A DNA stretch of 59,678 nucleotides, filler included, from 5 parts of 5 records of this genome joined end to end with filler, not necessarily neighbours in it, one strand, 5' to 3'; counted from the whole stretch's first letter, positions 9,201-20,915 are shown. Notes: generated from the letters alone by a model not told the origin. Numbers and translations: made by a program.

Positions 9201-10823
9201 ATGAAGTACGTCGTTGTGAGCGGAGGAGTTCTTTCTGGATTAGGGAAGGGCGTCACTGCAAGCAGCATCGGAGTTCTTCTCAAAAGCGCTGGCCTGCGAG
9301 TCACATCAATCAAGATTGACCCCTACTTGAACAGCGATGCTGGGACAATGTCGCCCTTTGAACATGGGGAAGTTTTCGTCCTCGATGACGGTGGCGAAGT
9401 AGACCTCGACCTCGGCAACTATGAGCGGTTCCTCGACATCAATCTCTCAAAAGATAACAATCTCACGACGGGAAAAATCTACGCCAACGTGATTGAAGCC
9501 GAGCGCAGGGGAGATTACCTTGGCAAAACAGTTCAGGTGATCCCCCACGTTACCGACGCCATCCAAGATTGGATTGAGGATGTTGCTGCTCGTCCTGCTG
9601 ACGGCAGTGACGGCACTCCCGATGCCTGCATCATTGAACTTGGTGGAACGGTTGGCGACATTGAATCAGCACCCTATGTAGAGGCGCTCAGGCAATTCCA
9701 ATTCCGCGTCGGTCGTGAAAATGTAACCTTCGTTCACGTTTCTCTCGTCCCCGTGATGGGGCCGGTTGGTGAGCAGAAAACCAAACCTACCCAGCATACC
9801 GTCAAGGAATTGCGCGGTCTCGGTATCACCCCAGATATCCTTGTTTGCCGGTCCTCTGCCCCGCTCAATGACGAAACCCGCAACAAATTAGCAGCCTTTT
9901 GCCATGTTCAACCCAAAGCAGTCATGTCGACACACGACGTCCCCAATATCTACCATGTTCCACTGATGCTTCAAGAGCAGGGCTTGTGCGAGATTTTGGA
10001 AGTCGATTGTACTGCCACCAGCCTTCTCGAAGAATGGAAAACGATGGCACATCACCTTGATACCTTAACCGAGGAAGTCCACATTGCTATGGTCGGAAAG
10101 TACACTGATCTTTCTGATGCCTACCTTTCAGTCATCAAAAGCCTGCAGCATGCCGCCATGGCGGTTGACCGTAAACTTGTGATTGATTGGATTGAAGCCA
10201 GTCACCTCGAACCCCAATGGGACAAGGATGAGAGTGACGCAGCATGGGCGGCACTGAAGAAGACGGACGGCATCTTGGTACCCGGTGGCTTTGGCGACCG
10301 TGGTATCGAAGGAAAAATCGCTGCTGCACATCACGCACGAACCAACAACATCCCCTATCTCGGCATTTGTCTCGGCCTTCAGGTGGCGACCATTGAATTC
10401 TGTCGCAACGTCCTGGGTTTGGAGGGTGCAAATTCAACTGAATTCGAAGACAACCCTGCTCACGCTGCCGTCGTATTCATGCCTGAAATTTCGAAGACTC
10501 ACCTCGGTGGCACCATGCGTCTGGGCACCCGCCCGACGCTTTGGCAGGTTGATTCCTGTCAAATCCGAACCCTCTACGGACCAGGTGAAGCTGTGGATGA
10601 ACGGCACCGTCATCGCTACGAGGTCAATCCGGACTTGATTGAACGCATCGAAGCTGCAGGACTCGTCTATGTTGGCAAGGATGATTCGGGGCAACGTTGT
10701 GAAATCTTTGAACTCGAGGGACATCCCTACTATGTCGGTGTGCAATTCCATCCTGAATTCAAGTCTCGACCCAACCGTCCAAGTCCGCCTTTCCTCGGAC
10801 TGCTTCAGGCTGCAACCCGTTGA
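9201..10823 (+). CDS. pyrG: CTP synthase
   Basis: [50 protein letters not shown]. Confidence 0.98.
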   Translation: MKYVVVSGGVLSGLGKGVTASSIGVLLKSAGLRVTSIKIDPYLNSDAGTMSPFEHGEVFVLDDGGEVDLDLGNYERFLDINLSKDNNLTTGKIYANVIEAERRGDYLGKTVQVIPHVTDAIQDWIEDVAARPADGSDGTPDACIIELGGTVGDIESAPYVEALRQFQFRVGRENVTFVHVSLVPVMGPVGEQKTKPTQHTVKELRGLGITPDILVCRSSAPLNDETRNKLAAFCHVQPKAVMSTHDVPNIYHVPLMLQEQGLCEILEVDCTATSLLEEWKTMAHHLDTLTEEVHIAMVGKYTDLSDAYLSVIKSLQHAAMAVDRKLVIDWIEASHLEPQWDKDESDAAWAALKKTDGILVPGGFGDRGIEGKIAAAHHARTNNIPYLGICLGLQVATIEFCRNVLGLEGANSTEFEDNPAHAAVVFMPEISKTHLGGTMRLGTRPTLWQVDSCQIRTLYGPGEAVDERHRHRYEVNPDLIERIEAAGLVYVGKDDSGQRCEIFELEGHPYYVGVQFHPEFKSRPNRPSPPFLGLLQAATR

Positions 10824-10947
10824 CTTCCGAGTCTAGGGCAGCGAGTGATTCGACGCACTGCAAGCCCTCTGATTGGCTCAAAACGAATCAGTTGGCTTGA
10901 GCATTAGCCCTTTGATTCACATACGAGCGTAAGGGGAACCCATGTGT

Positions 10948-11226
10948 TCAGTAGTTTATTGGTCTACTTTCTAAGGGCCTCCACAGTTGGAACATGGTTC
11001 TCCTAAAAATAATTACAATTAGCGATACCCCAAAGAAGAAGATAAAAAACAACCATATTCCAGCATCCATCAAATCAAAATCTTCCCAGTAACTATCAGG
11101 AGTAAATCTAGAATTATCAGATTCCCAATAAAATTCATGTTCACAATATGGGCATGAATACGTCCCCTCCTCTGCTTCACCCAAGTCGATAATGTCACTA
11201 CATTCTGGACAACTTATCTCAACCAT
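10948..11226 (-). CDS. Small zinc-ribbon membrane protein
   Basis: CPEC...CPYC pair followed by one hydrophobic helix; start at MVEISC chosen. Confidence 0.6.
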   Translation of the reverse strand: MVEISCPECSDIIDLGEAEEGTYSCPYCEHEFYWESDNSRFTPDSYWEDFDLMDAGIWLFFIFFFGVSLIVIIFRRTMFQLWRPLESRPINY

Positions 11227-11312
11227 AATCAATGATTTCTTCATAGGTAAATAATATTTACACCGTCAATGTATTGGTAAAATTAATAATCCCTGACTTT
11301 AGGATTATCTGC

Positions 11313-11813
11313 ATGAAAGGCTGGTGGAACAGCACCCCTGACAAGGACTCCCTTCGATTCCGCAGTGAAAGGAGAGGCCCAGTTTTCGGTCTGACCCTAC
11401 TAGTGCTAGCCGCGTATTTGTTGAGCGGTTCACTGATGGAGATAATCCAATGTCCATACGAATCCTGCACCCGACAGGAGATGGTCGTTTGGAACATCGG
11501 GCCCTTGCTCGGGTCGTCGATCCTCCTCTACTCATCGGCATACCTCCTCAGCACCCATGCATTGGAAATCGACCCTTCACTGAGGGTCATCAGGGGAAGC
11601 AGTGATTTCCTTGGTCTCAGGTGGAGGGCCTACGCCCACAGCTTTGACGAGGTGATTCGTGTTCAGAGAACCACTGACGAGGATACAGGGGATAGTAGCG
11701 TAATTGTGATCAAGGCCAACAAAATCTCGAATAAGTACGTAGCAGAGTGGATTCTAGGCCATGAGAAGGAAATCGCGGACGCTATCGGTGTCCCATTTAT
11801 AGACCGGACCTAG
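11313..11813 (+). CDS. Hypothetical membrane protein (two TM helices plus soluble C-terminal domain)
   Basis: Open frame with two hydrophobic segments; no recognised motif. Confidence 0.5.
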   Translation: MKGWWNSTPDKDSLRFRSERRGPVFGLTLLVLAAYLLSGSLMEIIQCPYESCTRQEMVVWNIGPLLGSSILLYSSAYLLSTHALEIDPSLRVIRGSSDFLGLRWRAYAHSFDEVIRVQRTTDEDTGDSSVIVIKANKISNKYVAEWILGHEKEIADAIGVPFIDRT

Positions 11814-11979
11814 CAATATCTGTTACAAGGTAATTCAGACCCCTTCGATAACCCTATGATTCAACTTGAAGCAAAGGGTACCCTTTGTTTGGAAGGCTGA
11901 GCCGTCGACACTCTCGAATCAAGGTCTGTCAAATCATTGCACCAATAACGAAATAAAAGGAACATACCAACTTGTGTTT

Positions 11980-12547
11980 ATGTGGACCGATGAACAACTG
12001 GCTGCGCAAGGGTGGACGAATGAGCAGATAGCAATCTATCGGGCTGAAGAGGCATCACAAGTGGTCAAAGCCGTCACTGATGGTGTGATTCCTGAAGCCA
12101 TCAATGGTGATGTGGCACTTCCCGAGACTGCATCGCCTGTGCTCCAAGAAACCTTTGAGGCTCGGATAAAAGGAGAGATCCCGAACATCAATTCTACCTC
12201 GATTTCTGCAATCTTGTTAGTAGCCATGCTTGTGCTGGTACCATTTTCACTCTATTCGATTTCCAACGCAGAGGGTACTCAAGGCCCACCGGGCGAAATT
12301 GGGACCGCAGGTACCAATGGGAGTGATGGTTCAAGTTTCCATCTTGTGCCATCTTTGGACGGCCTACCAGCGTGCGATACATCTCTCAACAATCAAATCT
12401 TCTTCATAGCAGCCGACGCAGGGTTCCAAGTTTGCCAAAATAATGTTTGGACAGGAATCGACTTGACCGGGCAATCTGGACTCAATGGCGCAGATGGCGC
12501 CAGTGGTCAAAATGGAACTGATGGACAAGACGGGGCCGATGGCCAAA
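11980..12547 (+). CDS. Membrane-anchored collagen-like protein, 3'-truncated at contig end
   Basis: TM helix followed by G-X-Y runs (GTQGPPGEIGTAGTNGSDG; GQSGLNGADGASGQNGTDGQDGADGQ). Confidence 0.75.
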
Positions 12548-12647
12548 NNNNNNNNNNNNNNNNNNNNNNNNNNNNNNNNNNNNNNNNNNNNTTAATTAAT
12601 TAANNNNNNNNNNNNNNNNNNNNNNNNNNNNNNNNNNNNNNNNNNNN
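12548..12647. other. Artificial contig linker
   Basis: N44-TTAATTAATTAA-N44 (stops in all six frames); composition changes abruptly across it. Confidence 0.98.
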
Positions 12648-12663
12648 ACTAGGATTCTTTTAG
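12648..12663 (+). CDS. Last codons of a probable AldB-type aldehyde dehydrogenase
   Basis: CTA GGA TTC TTT TAG = LGFF*, typical AldB C-terminus; DUF779 usually follows aldB. Confidence 0.45.
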
Positions 12664-12687
12664 GATACAAAGAATAGTTTTATAATT

Positions 12688-12715
12688 AAAGGCAGAAATT
12701 TTTTCTGCCTTTTTT
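12688..12715 (+). terminator. Rho-independent terminator
   Basis: AAAGGCAGAAA-ttt-TTTCTGCCTTT with T-tract. Confidence 0.75.
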
Positions 12716-12724
12716 ATACACATT

Positions 12725-13102
12725 ATGATAACTAGAATTACATCTACAGATAAAGCCGATAAGCTCATTGATGAATTAAGAGAAGTTCATGGTGATCTTA
12801 TGTTCCATCAATCGGGTGGCTGTTGTGATGGAAGTGCGCCGATGTGCTTTCCAAAAGGTGAATTTTACCTTGGCAATTCAGATGTAGAAGTTGGTATAGT
12901 TAATAATGTCCCGTTTTATATGAGCGCGGAACAATTCGAATACTGGGAGCATACACACCTCACACTTGACGCAATTAAGGGTACAGGAGGACAGTTTTCT
13001 CTTGAACGCCCAACAGGACTTCGTTTTATTATTCGATCAAGAATCTATACGGATGAAGAATGGGATTATCTGAAAGAACATCCAGTAAAACATTGTGAGT
13101 AA
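12725..13102 (+). CDS. DUF779 family protein
   Basis: MFHQSGGCCDGSAPMC, FEYWEHT, FSLE...RFIIRSR. Confidence 0.9.
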   Translation: MITRITSTDKADKLIDELREVHGDLMFHQSGGCCDGSAPMCFPKGEFYLGNSDVEVGIVNNVPFYMSAEQFEYWEHTHLTLDAIKGTGGQFSLERPTGLRFIIRSRIYTDEEWDYLKEHPVKHCE

Positions 13103-13143
13103 ATTAGTAAAAAAAAATTATAAAGTAAGGTAAAATCTAAAAT

Positions 13144-13238
13144 GGCGGGCCTCCTCGCATTGCGATTTAGCCAACCTGGTCAGATGCGGAAGCAAGCAGC
13201 CACAACTAAGGATACAAGTGCCGGGGGTCTGGCTCGCC
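13144..13238 (+). ncRNA. ffs: Signal recognition particle RNA (4.5S)
   Basis: Terminal GGCGGGCC/GGCTCGCC pairing; domain IV CAGATGC-GGAA-GCAAGCAGC; usual position upstream of dnaX. Confidence 0.9.
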
Positions 13239-13266
13239 ATTTTTTCATTTACTAATAAGCGTTTAA

Positions 13267-14856
13267 ATGTCACATCAAGTTTTAGCAAGAAAATGGCGTC
13301 CAAAGAATTTTGATTCCCTTGTGGGTCAAGAAAATACGGTGCAAGCTTTAGTTAATGCCCTTGATCAAGAAAGACTGCATCACGCCTATTTATTTACTGG
13401 CACCAGAGGTGTTGGTAAAACAACCTTAGCAAGAATCCTAGCAAAATCACTGAATTGTGAAAAAGGTATATCTTCAAACTCATGCGGTGAATGTTCCTCA
13501 TGCCTCGCAGTAGATAAAGGTAACTTTGTTGATCTTATTGAAGTTGACGCTGCATCAAACACGAAAGTTGATGAAATGCGAGAGCTTTTAGAGAATTCGC
13601 AATATGCGCCTACTTCAGGGAGATTTAAGGTATACATTATTGATGAGGTGCATATGCTTTCTAACAGCGCATTTAACGCGATGTTAAAAACACTCGAGGA
13701 ACCGCCAGAGCATATTAAATTTATCCTAGCAACAACTGATCCAAAAAAATTACCAGTCACTGTCCTATCAAGATGTCTTCAGTTTAATTTAAAACAGATG
13801 ACAGTTGAAAAAATATCAAACCATCTTGATATGATATTGGGTGAGGAGAAAATCAAATTTGAAAAAAAAGCATTAGGCTTAATCTCAAAATCAGCAAAGG
13901 GAAGCATGCGTGATGCTTTATCAATCCTCGATCAAGCAATTGCCTATTCAGGAAATGAAATATCAGAAGAAAAAATAAGTGAAATGCTTGGTGTTGTTGA
14001 TAATAACTTTTTGACAGAAATCTTGTTTAAATTATCAGAAAATAAAGGTGACGACCTCATAGAAATTGGTTGTGGAATGAATGATAAAAATATTGCTCTT
14101 GATAGTACATTAGATGACTTAGCTTCCCTTATCCATAGAGTGTCTGTTTATCAGGTTGCGCCAAGTAATGAGCTAGAATATCAAAATAATAATGAAATAA
14201 AAAAACTCAGTGAATTATTTACCCCAGAAACACTTCAACTTCTTTACCAAATTGTAATTAATGGCAAAAAGGATATTTACTTAGCTCCTGATTTATTAAC
14301 TGGTTTCAATACGACATTATTGAGAATGTTAGCGTTTTTTCCATCTATGCAATCTGAAAAATTAGAGCCTAAATCAAAAGAAAAAAATATGATAACTTCT
14401 GATGAAGTTATTTCAGAAAAAAAAAATTCTAAAGAGCGAGTGACTGTTGATGAGAAAGATTTTCAAGAGTTTGATGGCGATTGGCATGAATTAGTAAAAA
14501 AACTAAAGCTTGGGATTGCAAATTCTTTAGCGCAAGAGTGCGAATTTAAATCTTATCAAGACTATAGCTTTGAGCTAACTCTTGACTCGAAAAAGAGTCA
14601 TCTAATGCAAAATAATTATGTTGAAAAGCTTGAAGAGTCATTAATTAACCATTTCAATAAGAAGGTCAAGGTAAAAATATTAGTTGATGAAGTTCAAACA
14701 ACGCCTGCTATAAAGTCATCAAATGAAAAATCTAAGTTATTAAAAGAAACTGAATCTGCTATGATGAAAGATGGATTTGTTAAAGATTTAATTGAGAATT
14801 TTGACGCACAAGTTGTACCAACAAGTATTGAACCATTAAACAATAAAGGAAAATAG
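13267..14856 (+). CDS. dnaX: DNA polymerase III subunit gamma/tau
   Basis: [31 protein letters not shown]. Confidence 0.97.
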   Translation: MSHQVLARKWRPKNFDSLVGQENTVQALVNALDQERLHHAYLFTGTRGVGKTTLARILAKSLNCEKGISSNSCGECSSCLAVDKGNFVDLIEVDAASNTKVDEMRELLENSQYAPTSGRFKVYIIDEVHMLSNSAFNAMLKTLEEPPEHIKFILATTDPKKLPVTVLSRCLQFNLKQMTVEKISNHLDMILGEEKIKFEKKALGLISKSAKGSMRDALSILDQAIAYSGNEISEEKISEMLGVVDNNFLTEILFKLSENKGDDLIEIGCGMNDKNIALDSTLDDLASLIHRVSVYQVAPSNELEYQNNNEIKKLSELFTPETLQLLYQIVINGKKDIYLAPDLLTGFNTTLLRMLAFFPSMQSEKLEPKSKEKNMITSDEVISEKKNSKERVTVDEKDFQEFDGDWHELVKKLKLGIANSLAQECEFKSYQDYSFELTLDSKKSHLMQNNYVEKLEESLINHFNKKVKVKILVDEVQTTPAIKSSNEKSKLLKETESAMMKDGFVKDLIENFDAQVVPTSIEPLNNKGK

Positions 14857-14857
14857 T

Positions 14858-15166
14858 ATGGCTAAAGGTGGTATGGGTAACCTAATGAAGCAAGCACAAA
14901 TGATGCAAGCAAATCTTCAAAAAGCTCAAGCTGAGCTTGCAAATATCGATGTTCAAGGCACATCGGGGAATGGATTAATTAAAATTACTATTTCATGTAA
15001 GCATGAAATTAAGAAAGTTGATATCGACCCTTCTCTTCTTGAAGATAAAGAAATGTTAGAAGATTTGATTATGGTTGCTTTCAAAGATGCATTAAGCAAT
15101 ATCGAAAGTACCTCTTCGCAAAAAATGGGAGGCTTGGTTCCTCCGGGAATGAATTTACCTTTTTAG
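14858..15166 (+). CDS. ybaB: YbaB/EbfC nucleoid-associated protein
   Basis: MKQAQ...EDKEMLEDL...GMNLPF; lies between dnaX and recR. Confidence 0.95.
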   Translation: MAKGGMGNLMKQAQMMQANLQKAQAELANIDVQGTSGNGLIKITISCKHEIKKVDIDPSLLEDKEMLEDLIMVAFKDALSNIESTSSQKMGGLVPPGMNLPF

Positions 15167-15170
15167 TCTT

Positions 15171-15770
15171 ATGCAGACTAACAACATCCTTGAAAACCTT
15201 ATAGAGTCACTTAAATGTCTTCCAGGAGTTGGTCCAAAATCTGCGCTTCGCTTAGCCTATTATCTGCTTCAAAGAGACAGACAGGGAGCAAAAATACTTG
15301 CAAACTCAATTGAAGAATCATTAAAGAAACTAGGTCATTGTCAACTTTGTAATAATTTTACTGAAGAAGATATCTGCTCAATATGTAACTCACAAAAAAG
15401 ACTTTCGGATACACTTTGTGTTGTAGAAATGCCTACTGATTTACTAATGCTTGAACAAACGCATTCATATGAAGGTATGTATTTTGTTTTAATGGGTCGG
15501 TTATCCCCTCTTGATGGAATTGGGCCAAAAGAAATTCATATCAATAAGCTTCTTGAAAGAATAAAAAAAAGTGAGATTAACGAGGTAATCCTTGCAACAA
15601 ATTTTACGACCGAAGGGAACACAACAGCACAATATATAGCTGAACTCTTAAAAGAAACTAACATAAAGGTCACTAGAATTGCACGAGGTCTTCCTATGGG
15701 TGGTGAGATAGAATACATTGACTCTGGCACCCTAGCTCAATCTCTTGTTGAGCGAAAAAAACTAACCTAA
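15171..15770 (+). CDS. recR: Recombination mediator RecR
   Basis: LPGVGPKSA, C4 zinc finger, TOPRIM EVILATN, RIARGLP. Confidence 0.97.
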   Translation: MQTNNILENLIESLKCLPGVGPKSALRLAYYLLQRDRQGAKILANSIEESLKKLGHCQLCNNFTEEDICSICNSQKRLSDTLCVVEMPTDLLMLEQTHSYEGMYFVLMGRLSPLDGIGPKEIHINKLLERIKKSEINEVILATNFTTEGNTTAQYIAELLKETNIKVTRIARGLPMGGEIEYIDSGTLAQSLVERKKLT

Positions 15771-16415
15771 CTCTTTAATTAATTTAGGGACTTCAGAAGG
15801 ATGGTTTATTAATGCATCTGCGCCCCAGGTCTCAATATAATCGTCTTTTTTTAAGTAACCATAGCATGCAAGAATTGAATATATTTTGGCTGCCTTTGAA
15901 GAAGTTATATCTTTTTGTGCATCTCCCACATAAATTACTTCTTTTGGTAAAACACCTAAAGATTTACATGCTGAGATGAGCATATCAGGAGATGGTTTAG
16001 GATCGATTCCATCATCTCCGCATATTAAAATTTCACATCTTTCATCAAGATTGATAAATTTTAAAATAACTTCAACAAAGCAACGATGTTTATTTGTGAC
16101 TATTCCCCAGCCTATTTCTTTATTATCCAAAAAATTAACTAAATCTAAAATTCCATCAAACAAAACTGGATTGTTTAAAATATTGCCTTTATAGATATCA
16201 ATAAATTCGTCAGTCAGGGATGCATATTTATCTAATGCTTCATCAAAGCGCAAATTTAGAAAGGCCCTAATTCCATCGGATGCAACTGCACGTCCATCTT
16301 CAAAAGAAATTAAAGGCTTTTTATGCAATAAATAAAGGTCATTAGCAGATTTAACCAAATCATGAGCTGAATCAATAAATGTTCCATCTAAATCAAATAG
16401 AACTTTATTAATCAT
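15762..16415 (-). CDS. gph: Phosphoglycolate phosphatase-like HAD hydrolase
   Basis: FDLDGT, VTNK, KPSP, VGD; adjacent to ubiG. Confidence 0.8.
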   Translation of the reverse strand: MINKVLFDLDGTFIDSAHDLVKSANDLYLLHKKPLISFEDGRAVASDGIRAFLNLRFDEALDKYASLTDEFIDIYKGNILNNPVLFDGILDLVNFLDNKEIGWGIVTNKHRCFVEVILKFINLDERCEILICGDDGIDPKPSPDMLISACKSLGVLPKEVIYVGDAQKDITSSKAAKIYSILACYGYLKKDDYIETWGADALINHPSEVPKLIKELG

Positions 16416-17124
16416 TAATCAAAGATGCTTCTACAATATAGTTAACGGAGGTATCTTGAGATAATTTATACTTTTGTGTGATGGGGTTATATGTCATCCC
16501 AATAATTGAATCAAATGATAAAGAATTTGCTCTAGCCCAATCTTGCAGTTGACTAGGCTTTATAAATTTTTTGTATTCATGAGTTCCTTTTGGTAATAAA
16601 TTTAAAACATATTCAGCGCCTATAATCGCAAACAAAAATGCTTTTAAGTTCTTATTAATTGTTGAAAAGAAAATTTTTCCTCCAGGCTTAAGTAACTTTG
16701 AACATGTATTAATTATTGAGTTCGGGTCTGGGACATGTTCTAACATTTCTAAACAAGTAATGACGTCAAATTTTTCACTCGTATTTTTATAAAAATCTTC
16801 AATATTTGTATGTTTATATTGAATCTTTGTATTAGTCTCTTTAGCGTGAAGTTTTGCAATTTGAATCACCTTCTCTCCTTGGTCGATTCCTGTAACATCA
16901 GCACCCTCTATTGCGAGAGATTCAGACAGAATTCCGCCTCCGCAACCGACATCTAATATTTTTTTATTTTTTATATCGATTGAATTTTTTATAAATTCCA
17001 GTCTTAAAGGATTTATTTCATGAAGTGGCTTAAATTCACTGGTTGGATCCCACCATTTATGGGCTAACAAGTTAAATTTTTCAATCTCTTGAGTGTCTAC
17101 GTTTTTTTTATCTTTGCTTTCCAT
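16408..17124 (-). CDS. ubiG: Ubiquinone biosynthesis O-methyltransferase
   Basis: WWDPTSEFKPLHEINPLRL, LDVGCGGG, CLEMLEHVPDP, LPKGTH. Confidence 0.96.
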   Translation of the reverse strand: MESKDKKNVDTQEIEKFNLLAHKWWDPTSEFKPLHEINPLRLEFIKNSIDIKNKKILDVGCGGGILSESLAIEGADVTGIDQGEKVIQIAKLHAKETNTKIQYKHTNIEDFYKNTSEKFDVITCLEMLEHVPDPNSIINTCSKLLKPGGKIFFSTINKNLKAFLFAIIGAEYVLNLLPKGTHEYKKFIKPSQLQDWARANSLSFDSIIGMTYNPITQKYKLSQDTSVNYIVEASLIND

Positions 17125-18416
17125 GACTTTGCTATATTTTTTAATCTATCCAAATCAATATTTTCTAATTGACCTGACTTAAGTTTTATTGTTCCATTGA
17201 TCCAAACATAATCTACCCCACCTTGGTTACCATTATATAAAAGACTTGTAAGGGGGTTGTAAACTGGCTGAGAAAAGATTGAATCTAAATTAATAGCAAC
17301 AATATCAGCTTTTTTATTTGGTTCGATTGAGCCGATCATTTTACTTTTATTCATCGCCTTGGCCGCGTTATAGGTTGCCATCTTAAAGACATTTTTGCTA
17401 TCAAGTATTTCTGGCTGATGATTCAGCCCTTTGCCTAGCAAGGCTGCCAACCTAACCTCTTCAAGAACATCAAGCCTGTTATTGCTTGCAGAGCTATCCG
17501 TACCGATAGAAACATTTATGCCTAAATCCAGCATTTTTGATATATCTGCGATGCCGCTGCCCAATATAAGATTGGATGAAGGATTGTGTACTACATTAAC
17601 ATTATTCTGGTGTAACAAATTTAAATCTGATTCATCAACATGCGTACAATGTGCTGCCATTAAATTAGGTCCTAGCAGACCCAAAGATTTATATCGTTGA
17701 ATTGGGGTCGCTTTGTATTGATTAATACTATTTTCAACCTCTTCCTTTGTTTCATGCAGGTGAGTGTGTATTGTCATATTAAGTTGATCTGCATAGGTTC
17801 CGATAGTATTGAGGGTTTTATCTGAGGTTGTGTATGGTGCGTGAGGTGCCAGCGATGTTGAAATTAATCCATCACCCCGCCATTGATCTCTAAAATCGAG
17901 TCCCTTTTTTAAATAATCGTCTGGGTCAGAGGCATAATTTGTTGGAAATTCCATCACAACTAATCCAATGTTTGCTCGAATTCCCATTTCAACAGCAGCT
18001 TCTGCTGTCTGGTTTGGATAAAAATACATATCATTGAATGTTGTTGTGCCTGACTTAATCATTTCAGCTATTGCAATTAATGAGCCATCTTTTACAAAAG
18101 CTTCACTGACATATTCTTTCTCAGCAGGCCATATATAATCCTCTAACCATGATTTTAATGGAACGTCGTTAGCGAAACCTTTTAAAAGTGACATTGCTGC
18201 ATGTGTGTGGTTATTAATGAATCCAGGCATGATGATATGCTCAGATAGAGCAAATACCTCGTTAGCTTCATACCCATCAAAAACATTTTTAGTAGGAAGA
18301 ATATCTAAAATTTCATCTTCTAATATTACAATTGAATGATCTTCTAAAAGTGTATTATTTTTATCAGCTGTAAAAATCCAAGATGCAGAAATAATTGAAT
18401 TGACTTTTTTAATCAT
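17097..18416 (-). CDS. TRZ/ATZ-family amidohydrolase (MTA/SAH deaminase-like)
   Basis: PGFINNHTH, APHAPYT, HLHET, GTDSSASNN; usual neighbour of ubiG. Confidence 0.88.
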   Translation of the reverse strand: MIKKVNSIISASWIFTADKNNTLLEDHSIVILEDEILDILPTKNVFDGYEANEVFALSEHIIMPGFINNHTHAAMSLLKGFANDVPLKSWLEDYIWPAEKEYVSEAFVKDGSLIAIAEMIKSGTTTFNDMYFYPNQTAEAAVEMGIRANIGLVVMEFPTNYASDPDDYLKKGLDFRDQWRGDGLISTSLAPHAPYTTSDKTLNTIGTYADQLNMTIHTHLHETKEEVENSINQYKATPIQRYKSLGLLGPNLMAAHCTHVDESDLNLLHQNNVNVVHNPSSNLILGSGIADISKMLDLGINVSIGTDSSASNNRLDVLEEVRLAALLGKGLNHQPEILDSKNVFKMATYNAAKAMNKSKMIGSIEPNKKADIVAINLDSIFSQPVYNPLTSLLYNGNQGGVDYVWINGTIKLKSGQLENIDLDRLKNIAKSWKAKIKKT

Positions 18417-18430
18417 AGATTAAAAACATG

Positions 18431-19765
<1,335 letters not shown>

Positions 19766-20725
19766 TTAAGTTAGAAGGTTGTTGATAATAAACCTTAAAT
19801 CAATTGAAAATCCAGTTGCTGGTCTAAGTTGCATATCTGACTTGTTCATATTGTCATAGCGGCCACCTTGAGCAACTGCTGTATTGAATCCTTGCGCATA
19901 TGCAGAATAAACAATACCTGTATGATATTGATAACCTCTAATATCAGAAAAATCAAAACTTATTTCAACATTAAATTTCTTCAAAGCCTTACAAATATTC
20001 GTTAGCGACTCAGCAATCTCATCTGCAACACCCTGATCAGGTAAGAAATTTTTAAGCTTTTTAAGTATGGATTCATCACCATAAAAATCTGGAAGAGAAG
20101 TAAGCTTGTTTATTATCTCAATCTCATTTTTTTTAGAAAGAATATTTTCTATTTCAGCTTTATCTTTTAGCATCATTGCATTACCAAGCTTCGAACTTTC
20201 GTTCGGTGATAAATCAATTTTGTTCTTTAATGAGTTGAAGACATCAAGATGATTAATATCAAGAACGATATCTTTAATATCGAGAACTTTTAACGATTCA
20301 ATAAGCAATTTTTGAATTTCTAAGTCTGCATTTATAGTTGGGTCACCAAAGTATTCTGCCCCCACCTGCAATAATTCTCGGGGCTGCTTACTTGAAGGGT
20401 TGGCTCTTAATACAGGGCCGGCATAACATAATTTATTAATACCGGTAGTTTTCATTTGTGTATCGATTCTGAATGCTTGTGTAGTTAAGTCAGAACTTAT
20501 TCCCATCATTTTTCCTGTCATCTGATCCACAACTTTATAAGTTTCAAGATCAAGATCTTTACCATAAGCATTAAGGGAGTCAGAAAACTCTAGCATAGAT
20601 GGAAAGATCAGCTGGTACCCATTTTTAAGAAACAGGTCTATAAGCAATCTTTTTTTTGACTCTATAACGAGAGCTTTTTTTGGAAAAATATCTTCTGCAT
20701 TTTCTGGAAGAAGCCATTGGTTCAT
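19766..20725 (-). CDS. hisZ: ATP phosphoribosyltransferase regulatory subunit
   Basis: MNQWLLPE, DLTTQ, QVGAE, GYQYHTG, GGRYD, ATGFS; upstream of purA. Confidence 0.9.
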   Translation of the reverse strand: MNQWLLPENAEDIFPKKALVIESKKRLLIDLFLKNGYQLIFPSMLEFSDSLNAYGKDLDLETYKVVDQMTGKMMGISSDLTTQAFRIDTQMKTTGINKLCYAGPVLRANPSSKQPRELLQVGAEYFGDPTINADLEIQKLLIESLKVLDIKDIVLDINHLDVFNSLKNKIDLSPNESSKLGNAMMLKDKAEIENILSKKNEIEIINKLTSLPDFYGDESILKKLKNFLPDQGVADEIAESLTNICKALKKFNVEISFDFSDIRGYQYHTGIVYSAYAQGFNTAVAQGGRYDNMNKSDMQLRPATGFSIDLRFIINNLLT

Positions 20726-20726
20726 T

Positions 20727-20915
20727 TTAGTAGATCCCAATAAATATTATTATTATGCCAATAATCACCGACAAAAGTCCATAGAACTTTATTTGACCAT
20801 TTTTTTGATTTGTTATTCTAGTAAAGGCATCTTTCCATGCTTGCGTAAAGAATAAAGGAAATATTCCCTCAATAACCAGGACTAGACCTATGGCTAAAAC
20901 GATAGAATCGTTCAA
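20727..20915 (-). CDS. DUF2065 (YjeT-like) small membrane protein
   Basis: LVLVIEG..P...W motif; between hflC and hisZ. Confidence 0.85.
   Translation of the reverse strand: MNDSIVLAIGLVLVIEGIFPLFFTQAWKDAFTRITNQKNGQIKFYGLLSVIIGIIIIFIGIY

Noticed and set aside
12592-12603. TTAATTAATTAA palindrome occurring four times as a biological repeat
   Set aside because: Always centred in N44 flanks; it is a six-frame-stop contig spacer.
13861-13870. GAAAAAAAAG as the dnaX frameshift site
   Set aside because: At about codon 199, inside the clamp-loader core, so a shift would destroy function; A-runs are common here.
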